The translations under genes were made by a program, and so were the position numbers. The notes below the pieces were generated by a model. That model made no database searches. It was not told where the DNA came from and was given only the letters and a program-made list of their open reading frames with translations. A stretch of 17,740 nucleotides of DNA from Octopus sinensis. Lineage: Eukaryota. Of the stretch, positions 1 through 8,307 are shown one piece after another. The stretch spans positions 1-17,740 of the forward strand of contig NW_021824759.1 of NCBI RefSeq assembly GCF_006345805.1. The letters run 5' to 3'. Numbering within the stretch: the first letter of the stretch is position 1; each line of letters starts with the position of its first letter.

Positions 1-30
1 GTTGATGGAATTTGAACTCAGAACGTAAAG
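1..30 (-). mobile_element. Fragment of tRNA-derived SINE family B, cut by window edge
   Basis: Reverse complement CTTTACGTTCTGAGTTCAAATTCC matches the B-box region of the family B copies (e.g. 16607-16627). Confidence 0.6.
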
Positions 31-220
31 GGTAGGCATCGCAGGAACACCTTTTGATTGTAGGTCAAGAACTACCAGGGACTAAAAAACAACACTTAGG
101 TCTTTGAGACAACAAAGAGCCTTTTTCAACCTCCTAAAAATGACAGCAAAATATCCTCCAAATCAAATCTCAGAAAGCGACAGGAAAGTGCAGATTTAGA
201 GACCCGTTTTCTTTTGGAGG

Positions 221-432
221 GGACTGCAATTATGCTGGGGCACTTTCTTGAAGAGTTTAGTGGACCCTGGACTTATTTTGCAAGCTAGGTACTAATGCGA
301 TCGGTTTCTTATGCCGAACCTCTACGCTACGAGGACGTACACGAACCATTACCAATTGTGAAACGGTTATCGGAGACAAACACAAAAACATACGCACATA
401 GATACACCACACACACACACACACATACATAC

Positions 433-479
<47 letters not shown>

Positions 480-485
480 TATATA

Positions 486-516
<31 letters not shown>

Positions 517-655
517 CATGCATGCATCATACATACACACAGGAGGGCTGTTTTCAGTTTCAGTTTATCACTCACACGGTTTTGTCAATGCAGAGTTACA
601 GTCAAAAGGACATTGGTCCAAGGCACTGTGCAGTAGAACTGACCCTTATATATAA
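221..655 (-). mobile_element. Decayed SINE family A copy with internal CA/TA microsatellite
   Basis: Reverse complement of 221-400 aligns by eye to the 3' half of 2654-3043, and 540-655 to its 5' half. They are separated by a microsatellite (about 404-540), as in the intact copy. Confidence 0.6.
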
Positions 656-720
656 TATATTTTCGTTTTGGATTGGCTTGCAAGATTCTTTATGTGAATT
701 CGTGTGTTGAAGCATATCTG

Positions 721-918
721 TGTGTCTGGGAGAAATCATTCTCTTTTGGTGCCTTATAATTTTAACAACACTCACCAGTAAAATTACCACTTATTTCTTT
801 ATTTTAATTTTTTGATTTGTTATTTTTTTTATTTTTTTAAAAATAAAGAAGTGGAAATTTTACCAGTGAGTGTGTTAAATTATAAGGCACCAAAAGAAAA
901 TGGCTCTCCCCAGACACA
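721..918. repeat. Inverted repeat 1 (arms about 721-805 and 840-918, AT-rich spacer)
   Basis: Left arm TGTGTCTGGGAGAAATCATTCTCTTTTGGTGCCTTATAATT... is the imperfect reverse complement of ...AATTATAAGGCACCAAAAGAAAATGGCTCTCCCCAGACACA. Confidence 0.9.
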
Positions 919-1085
919 ACCATGATAGATCGCTAGCCACTACACATTCTTTATTTTCTCATCTTGTTTTTTTCTGTGTTCCTTTCTGTGGAAGAGCATA
1001 GGCTCGAAACGTTAAAGACTTTTTCACTTCCCGAGCGTTATACTAATACATCTATGTTTGTTGTCTACACCACCTGTCTTCGTCT
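840..1085 (+). mobile_element. Dispersed repeat family P (Penelope pseudo-LTR-like), copy 1, with hammerhead-like motif at 982-1017
   Basis: 920-1085 is homologous to 3809-4008 and 10793-10980 (CCATGATAGATCG...GAAGAGCGTAGGCTCGAAACGT...CTGTCTTCGT). The Penelope assignment is inferred from the hammerhead-like motif and the inverted arrangement. Confidence 0.6.
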
Positions 1086-1167
1086 CGCTCGGGAAGTGAA
1101 AAAGTCTTTAACGTTTCGAGCCTACGCTCTTCCACAGAAAGAAACAAGGAGAGAAAATAAAGAATGT
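944..1167. repeat. Inverted repeat 2 (arms 944-1037 and 1086-1167, 48-nt loop)
   Basis: The right arm is the near-perfect reverse complement of the left arm, apart from a short deletion between two TTTCTGTG repeats. Confidence 0.92.
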
Positions 1168-1673
1168 TCAGTTTTATGTTAACATCCACTGGACAGATAA
1201 TTTCCACAACTGTGCACAGTTTCTCTGCCCTATCCCAAATCATTAATTCGGGTCTGTTGTGCTTACATTTCATTGAAGTCTTCACTGGGACATGCCACCA
1301 GTACTCCATTTTATTCTAAGTGATTATGGCTTCTACCATATTGTGGGTTGTTATTTCTTTGTTCTCGGAATTATCCTTCCGACTGATTTCATTATAGAGT
1401 GTCCTAGCTACGGCATAATGCCTCATCGGTAGATAATACCGTGATGACATTTTCGGACAACTGCTTGTGATGTGGATGATATCTTCGGTGTTAACTCCAC
1501 AAAGTCACCATCGGTTGTCACACTTTACTGCTTTTCCTGCATCGGGTACTTGTTGATATTTCCTGTTCCTAGATTGCAAATGCATACCCTTCAAAGTGGA
1601 AGGTAATAATCCGGCTATTGGTCCATGTTAAACTGCTTTGATGATCAATGTTAGTATCATCTCGGAGCTTTCT
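1168..1673 (-). mobile_element. Decayed non-LTR retrotransposon fragment with restriction-like endonuclease (R4/Dong-like): CCHC knuckle plus RLE
   Basis: Minus-strand translation with stops and one frameshift: ...IDHQSSLTWTNSRIITFHFEGYAFAI*EQEIST / ...NRW*LCGVNTEDIIHITSSCPKMSSRYYLPMRHYAVARTLY...KHNRPELMIWDRAEKLCTVVEIICPVDVN. These are the zinc-knuckle, RH and RP(D/E)...E motifs of RLE-clade LINEs. Confidence 0.85.
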
Positions 1674-1746
1674 ACTATGTATGTACGTATGCATATGACT
1701 GCGTAATTATATAATGCTCAACCTCTAGGGTTAAAGCCCAAATGAA

Positions 1747-1783
<37 letters not shown>

Positions 1784-2062
1784 TGGTGCTATTAAGTTAG
1801 ACATGGCCTGGGCCAATAATGGCCGAAACCTATCAAAGTATCAAAGTATCAAAGTATATAATACGGAGGTATACATGCATAGCAAATGACCTGATCTGAG
1901 ATCGTGTGCTGGAACGAAAACAATTACAGCGTGAAAGATGTTTATAAGCCATTTAAGGAACACACAAAATCCATTAGATTCACTTCAACATTTAAATTTA
2001 ATTTGTCAAAATATTTTCGTCGCTTTGGGATCGGGACCTGTTCACTGACAAAATTCGTTACT

Positions 2063-2066
2063 AATA

Positions 2067-2097
<31 letters not shown>

Positions 2098-2109
2098 ATA
2101 TATATATAC

Positions 2110-2198
<89 letters not shown>

Positions 2199-2250
2199 TA
2201 TTATATATAATATATATATATATCATATATCATATATGTATTATATATTA
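2063..2250. repeat. Compound (TA)n/(TATG)n microsatellite
   Basis: Visible directly. Confidence 0.95.
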
Positions 2251-2264
2251 TTGTAGTTGTGTGG

Positions 2265-2452
2265 CTGTTTCTCTACCCAACATCGCTTGACAACCAATGT
2301 TGGTATATTTACGTCTCCATAACTTAGCGGTTCGGCAAAATAGACCGATAGAATAAGTACTAGGCTTCCAAAGAACAAGCCCTGGGTCGATTTGTTCGAC
2401 TAAAGGCGGTGCTCCAGCATGGCCGCGGTCAAATGACTGAAACAAGTAAAAG
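2265..2452 (+). mobile_element. SINE family A, 3' half only
   Basis: Matches 2860-3035 (GCTTGACAACC...TAAAGGCGGTGCTCCAGCATGGCCGC...GACTGAAACAAGTAAAAG). Confidence 0.85.
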
Positions 2453-2653
2453 GATATATTGTGATTATGTATATATAAACATAATTAAAAGATTAAAAAA
2501 ACATTAAAATTAATGAATTTTTACAGTAGCCAGCATGTAAAAGGATATTTTTTAAAATAACCTTTTAGGTTGTATATGAATTTTATTTATCTCTCTATAT
2601 ATAAATATATATATATACATATATATATACATATATATATATATGTATATATA

Positions 2654-3043
2654 CAGGAGTGGCTGTGTGGTAAGTAGCTTGCTTACCAACCACATGGTTC
2701 CGGGTTCAGTCCCACTGCGTGGCACCTTGGACAAGTGTCTTCTACTATAGCCTCGGGCCGACCAAAGTCTTGTGAGTGGATTTGGTAGACGGAAACTGAA
2801 AGAAGCCCGTCGTATATATGTATATATGTGTGTGTGTTTGTGCGTCTGTGTTTGTCCCCCTAGCATTGCTTGACAACCGATGCTGGTGTGTTTATGTCCC
2901 CGTCACTTAGCGGTTCGGCAAAGAACGATAGAAGAAGTACTGGGCTTACAAAGAATAAGTCCCGGGGTCGAGTTGCTCGACTAAAGGCGGTGCTCCAGCA
3001 TGGCCGCAGTCAAATGACTGAAACAAGTAAAAGAGTAAAGAGT
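2654..3043 (+). mobile_element. tRNA-derived SINE family A, full length
   Basis: A-box-like TGGCTGTGTGG (2660-2670), B-box-like GGTTCAGTCCC (2703-2713), CORE-like CACCTTGGACAAGTGTCTT, an internal TA/TG microsatellite and a (TAAAAGAG)-type tail. Other copies occur in the window. Confidence 0.88.
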
Positions 3044-3148
<105 letters not shown>

Positions 3149-3399
3149 CATGAATATAGGTATTTTAGAATTACAATAACGTAACAGCTAGTTGTACGTA
3201 TGCTTCTGCAGCATAATATATGGGCATATCTTTTCCATTGTGCTACTACTTTCTCATGGTGTCCTATTTTGGCAATTCTGGGTAATTTCATAGCTTCAGA
3301 GATGTAGTAGTCACTGGCGTATTTCATATTAAATTTAAATCTCATAAATTCGTTTCAGTTTGCTCCGTAATCACTACGGCTACCACCTGTGTGTGCATG

Positions 3400-3538
3400 C
3401 ATCTCTCTCTCTCTTTCTCTCGCACTCTCTCTCTCTCTCTCTTTCTCTATCTGTCTCCCTCTTTATCTCTCTCTCTGTATATCTATCTATATATAAATAC
3501 GTATACTTCATACATACATACATACATACATATATACA

Positions 3539-3582
<44 letters not shown>

Positions 3583-3600
3583 TATTATTTATATATATAT
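3400..3600. repeat. Compound (CT)n/(TACA)n/(TA)n microsatellite
   Basis: Visible directly. Confidence 0.93.
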
Positions 3601-3808
3601 AATTGAACAATTTACTGAACCTTCAGATTTTAATATGCTAGACCACTGGTGTTAAATTGATATTATTAAATTAATATCCAATTTCTCACCCTCATTTTAA
3701 ATTTAAATTTAAATTTATATATATATATATATATAAATGAATAAATATATATATACATATACGCACACACGTATATATCATATACATACATATATTCATA
3801 TCATGATT

Positions 3809-4008
3809 CGCCATGATAGATCGCTAGCCGCTACACATTCTTTATTTTCTATCTTTCTTTTCTTTCCTTGTTTCTTTCTGTGTTCCTTTCTGTGGAAGAG
3901 CGTAGGCTCGAAACGTTCAAGACTTTTTCACTTCCCGAGCGTTATACTAATACATCTGTTTATTGTCTACACCCCATGTCTTCGTTTTTTTTTTGTGAAT
4001 TCTCCCCA
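3809..4008 (+). mobile_element. Dispersed repeat family P, copy 2 (hammerhead-like motif 3886-3921)
   Basis: Homologous to 920-1085 and 10793-10980; flanked by TA-rich microsatellite on both sides. Confidence 0.75.
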
Positions 4009-4182
4009 TATATGTATGAACATATATATATGAGTGTGTGTATGTCTGTGTAAGTTTGCAGGTTTGTATGTATGCATGCATGCATGCATGTATGTATGTA
4101 TGTATGTATGTATGTATGTATGTATGTATGTATGAATTTTCACAAGGAAACATTTGACAGCATTTTCAAAGTCTCGGCTTAC

Positions 4183-4223
4183 CAACAGTCACTAGCAGCT
4201 TCGAAGTCACTATCAACCTTTTC
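4183..4223 (-). CDS. Candidate 41-nt coding exon C of an antisense gene (DH/RhoGEF-like)
   Basis: Minus strand: a T-run followed by acctag|GAAAAGG...ACTGTTG|gtaagc. Reads (M)KRLIVTSKLLVTV, in phase with exon B. Confidence 0.45.
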
Positions 4224-4321
4224 CTAGGTAAAAAAAATTGAAGATGTATTCTACTTAAACATATTAATAGATCATTCGGTTTAATGTTAATTCAGTTTGT
4301 TCGCGCAAGTTTTTTAATGTA

Positions 4322-4617
4322 TTGTTGTTGTTTGTTGTTTGTTCCTTCACGAGCCATTTGGGCCCGGTTTCCCAGTTTCATTGGCATATAGGTTCCCCAC
4401 CTGGACAGGACACCGGTCCGTCGCAGGTGAGCTGCTAGATGCAGGAGGAAAGAGAGAAAGTTGTGGCGGAAGAGTCAGCAGAGGTTCGCCATTACCTTCT
4501 GCCGGAGCCACGTGGAGATCAGGTGTGTCGCTCATAAATACACACACCTCCCGGTCTGAGATTCAAACCCGCGATCCCTCGACCGCGAGTCCGCTGCTCT
4601 AACTACTAGCCAATGCG
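4322..4617 (-). mobile_element. tRNA-derived SINE family C, tail type 1
   Basis: The reverse complement has a tRNA-like head (TGGCTAGTAGTTAGAGCAGCGGACTCGCGGTCG...GGTTTGAATCTC) and a body homologous to 11042-11212, then a distinct tail ending in (CAA/ACAA)n. Confidence 0.85.
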
Positions 4618-4649
4618 GTTACGGTATTTTGATGTATTACCAGTTGCTA

Positions 4650-4950
4650 ATCTATTTCTAGTCCTGACATTTGGTTTTCTTTAGCTGGTAAGAAGTATCG
4701 AATCTGTCCTGCCAGGACACTGGAAGTTCAACCACGATGATTGATTGTGCATGGAACAATATAACAATTTGTGTGTGCATGGGCAGCAAAGACAGTACAG
4801 GCGACTATCATCAACTTTTCCAGTGCATGAGCGGTCCCTTATTTTATCAACTCTGAATGATGAAAGATAACGCCTGGCAGATTTGATCTCTGGACGTATA
4901 TGATAAACAACTTCCTTGACTTTTTTCCCAGTATGCACCTTTCTGATCTA
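4650..4950 (-). mobile_element. Highly decayed RLE-type LINE fragment (HERO/NeSL-like)
   Basis: 4744-4661 translates SIIVVELPVSWQDRFDTSYQLKKTKCQD, resembling the ELTVPWE...KK.KY motif of RLE endonucleases. Upstream similarity is weak and frameshifted, so the boundaries are approximate. Confidence 0.55.
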
Positions 4951-4989
4951 TTTTAACCGTTAACATTGGTTCATAAATACATAAATACG

Positions 4990-5088
4990 TGTGTGTATGC
5001 GTTTGTGTGTGTGTGTGTGTGTGCGAGAGAGAGTGTGTAGTAGTAGTAGTAAGTAGTAGTAGTAGTATAGTAGTAGTAGTAGTAGTAG

Positions 5089-5170
<82 letters not shown>
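4990..5170. repeat. Compound (GT)n-(GA)n-(TAG)n-(TTG)n-(TAG)n microsatellite
   Basis: Visible directly; explains the poly-Val and poly-Tyr/Asn ORFs in the track. Confidence 0.96.
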
Positions 5171-5825
5171 TTATTGTTCCCTTGATATCAGCAAAACGTA
5201 TTACATCCGGTGAGAGATGAATATCACTTAATGTGCACATTATAAAGATACGAGGTACTGATATTCTCCTGCTTTGGAGACACTTGTCTGGACAGTTTTC
5301 ATAACGCGTCTTGTATCACCAAGCAGTTTCATCGACTCTGAGCACATGGTCTATTCTATTTGAAAATCAAGACGCTAATACATGAGAAATAACGAGAAAA
5401 AAATCGAGAAGGTTGATGCAAAAAAGTGGAAGGGTGGATAACAACGGAAAACGAAAAAGGAAAGGAAGCTAATGTTGCGTCCCCTTTGTCCATTATTAAC
5501 TAGAAAACATCAACTAAGTATTATCCTAGCCTAAGATTATCCATGAACTTATTAAAACAATATCCATATATGTAATCACTATAAAGTATGAACCCAAAAA
5601 CATGTTTAACCTTACGAGAATGAAAGACAATTCAGAACGACGTGACACAAGATATAAAACATCCACAAACAAGCAACCCCACAAAAAATATTTTAGGCCT
5701 TGCGCGCACATATCCGTTGGGTGCATATCGGTTGGGCGGATACACACACACATTATTGTATATCGTGGGAGTAAGAAGTAAGTGTTATATCTAAATTTCT
5801 GTGCTATGATATTCGTTTAGTTTCT

Positions 5826-6045
5826 AAGGTGGAGAGCTGGCAGAAACATTAGCACACCAGACAAAAATTACTTAGCAATATTTCATGTCTACGTTCTGAG
5901 TTCAAATGTCGTTGTGGCCTACTTTGCCTTTCATCCCTTCTAGGTCGATAAAATAAGTTACCAGTTGCGTATTGGGGTTAATGGTATCGGCTGCCCCTCC
6001 TCTCCCTCAAAATTTCGGGCCTTGTGCCTAAAGTTGTAGTAAGAT
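5826..6045 (+). mobile_element. tRNA-derived SINE family B, diverged
   Basis: GAGCTGGCAGAAAC head, GAGTTCAAAT B-box, TTTGCCTTTCATCC...GTCGATAAAATAAG core and a GGCCTTGTGCCTA tail. Confidence 0.8.
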
Positions 6046-6655
6046 TTTAATACTACATTTTTTATGAAATATTTTATAGTATTTGATGGTGACTGGTTAT
6101 ATCATGCGTAAATTTGTTGTTGGATTTTTAAGCGGTGTTTGGATTAAGTGTATGCTGCCTAGATTATGTAATGGGATTATGTAATAGAAAGTACGTAGTG
6201 TAAGATGTGTTTGTAAGAAATATGAACGCACGTGGTCGCATTGTGTAGGGAATACGATCGCACGTGATCATATTCTTAACGAATTATTATAAGCCATAAA
6301 TACAATTTATACAATGCAGTGCCAACAGAATATAGATGAATTGACGACAAGCCGTTCTACTGTTTGAGAGAAGATAATATTTTATTTACAATGGTGTTAA
6401 TGTTAGAAGGTTGTGAGTGCTAGCAAGTGCGTGTGTGCATGTGTGCATGCAACACGTGTTTGTGTCTGTGTGTTCGTGTGAGTGACAGATACAATAAGGG
6501 TGAAAGCGTGTGACATAGTAGGTACAGAGCATAGAGTTAATGATGGAAATTGATTTACTGTTCATGAGGTACACGAAGTGTAAGCGTTCAATATCAAGAT
6601 GTTGTCTCTCGGAGCTGAGATTAGTTGAATCACTTGTGCTTATCTTCCTCTTGAT

Positions 6656-7048
6656 ATAGATATTCTTTCAGATATATATACTGCAACTGTTTTTCCGTGG
6701 TGAGATTTTCACCTAATAGCATGAGTTGAATCTGTAGTTATCTTGTGTACAAGTTAAATCTTCGTAGATAGAGACGATGTTGGCGATGACGTTATGTCTG
6801 TCGCTTGGTTTACTATAGCGTCTTCATATCATGTTTTGCTTGGTTATTTTTCTCTAGATAGATATTCTTTCAGATATATATACTGCAACTGTTTTTCCGT
6901 GGTGAGATTTTCACACTAACAGCATGAGTTGAACCTGTAGTTATCTTGTGTACAAGTTAAATCTTCGTAGATAGAGACGATGTTGGTGATGACGTTATAT
7001 CTGTCGCTTGGTTTACTATAGCGTCTTCATATTATGTTTTGCTTGGTT
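6656..7048. repeat. Tandem direct duplication of about 190 nt (6656-6845 and 6858-7048)
   Basis: By eye the copies differ by 5 transitions and one 1-nt indel. Confidence 0.95.
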
Positions 7049-7418
7049 GTCGTCTGCCTTTCGAACTGGAACATGGTTGAGTATGCTCTGTGTGGTCTCC
7101 GACTAAGACCTTAAAAGGTCTTAAGCCAAAAGACAGTGAATCGTGATATATCAGCCTATTTAAAGAGTTGACATGGCTCAAATGAAAAAGTCCTATCCGA
7201 AAGCCGTGATTGGTCAGTTTACACATTGGCGCGAAGTAAGTAGAGAGACCGACCGCGCTTAGATGCTAACCAATCAAAATAGTGGACACAACAACGTTAA
7301 ACTAGCCAAAGATGTTTGTAATCTCAAACGAGATCATTCTTAATATTTCTCTCAAACGGCGAAGATAGCAATGAAGAAAACAATATTGCTACATGTGCAT
7401 TATTTATTGGAAATCAAA

Positions 7419-7636
7419 ATGGCGGGCTGGCAGAACCGTTAGTACGCCGGACAAAACGTTTAGCCACATTTCTCCCTACTTAACCTTCCGAGTTTAAATC
7501 CGCGCAGGTCGACTTTGCCTTTCATTCTTTCAAAGACGATAAAATAAGTACCAGCCAAATATTGGGGATCGATGTGATCGAGTAGCCCTTTCCCCAAAAA
7601 AATTTCAGGCCTTATGCCTATAGCAGAAATGATTAT
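7419..7636 (+). mobile_element. SINE family B, diverged
   Basis: Head GCTGGCAGAACCGTTAG, core GTCGACTTTGCCTTTCATTC...GATAAAATAAGTACCAG, tail GGCCTTATGCCTA. Confidence 0.82.
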
Positions 7637-7647
7637 AATTCGAACTC

Positions 7648-7850
7648 AAGTCGGTGCACTGGCAGAACCATTAGTATGCTTGACAAAATACTTAGCGACA
7701 TTTCTTTTAGTTTTACGTTCTGAGTTCAAATCCGCTTTCATCACTACGGAGTCGATAAAATAAGTAACAGTGAAACACTGGGATCGATGTAATTGACTAA
7801 CATCCTCCAACCCCACAAAAAATATTTTAGGCCTTGTGCCTAACAAATTC
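7648..7850 (+). mobile_element. SINE family B, diverged, with internal deletion; head-to-tail with the previous copy
   Basis: Same head, B-box and tail. The segment between AAATCCGC and TTTCATC is missing. Confidence 0.8.
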
Positions 7851-7963
7851 TAACAAAAAACAGAAGTGTGTGTAAACCTGTAGACCCTGCTATGATGTTT
7901 ATGTTATTGTTTTATTATACCCTAAGAACCAGTTAGAATTGCTACCGTTTCCCTTCCATTTAC

Positions 7964-8056
7964 ATCTGGTCCACTTCCACTTCGAGGTCCTTGAACACTT
8001 TGTACGTCGGTTGTTTTCCGATTTCTTTCAGAGCAAGTTTGAGGGGCTGAAGATAT
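7964..8056 (-). CDS. Candidate 93-nt coding exon B of an antisense gene (DH/RhoGEF-like)
   Basis: Minus strand: tacatttttaaaag|ATATCTTCAG...GACCAGAT|gtaaat. Encodes YLQPLKLALKEIGKQPTYKVFKDLEVEVDQ, is richer in GC than its flanks, and is phase 2-2. If unspliced it ends ...DQM*. Confidence 0.55.
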
Positions 8057-8126
8057 CTTTTAAAAATGTATAAATTTTTGCTTCTATCTTTCATTGTCAA
8101 TAATGTCCTACATTTTATCTTTTTAG

Positions 8127-8307
8127 TCGGAGCTTACCAATTGATCGAGCCCGAAGCAACCGTAAAGGTCAGCCACTATGTATGGAACAATACTATCGAC
8201 TGTTCACGTCCTACCGTGTACCTGGACTCAACAAAGACACCTTAGTGACGAACAGCACCAAACTGATGCCAGAACCTGAACATATCATTGTTATTTGCAA
8301 GAACCAA
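8127..8307 (+). CDS. ChAT: Internal 181-nt exon of choline O-acetyltransferase
   Basis: ttttatctttttag|T CGG AGC...AAG AAC CAA|gtaagt. Translates RSLPIDRARSNRKGQPLCMEQYYRLFTSYRVPGLNKDTLVTNSTKLMPEPEHIIVICKNQ. GQPLCM.QYY.LF.SYR.PG..D is the choline/carnitine acyltransferase signature, and MPEPEH.IV.C.NQ matches vertebrate ChAT as I recall it. Neighbouring ChAT exons were not found in the window. Confidence 0.92.

Noticed and set aside
1870-2060. Segment that looks like a familiar octopus dispersed repeat
   Set aside because: There is no second copy or diagnostic terminus in the window; recall alone is not enough to call it.
4869-4905. RLADLISGRI resembling the preceding ChAT exon (FAA.LISG); also KFVVGFLSGV near 6110-6150
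   Set aside because: The first ends in stop codons and overlaps a decayed LINE on the other strand. Neither has suitable splice sites.
5245-5350. Minus-strand ESMKLLGDTRRVMKTVQTSVSKAG, faintly like the C-terminus of RLE LINEs
   Set aside because: The similarity is weak and the segment is out of order relative to the 4650-4950 fragment.
6229-6266. Two CGCACGTG E-box-like sites 32 nt apart
   Set aside because: Short motifs that can arise by chance; no supporting context.
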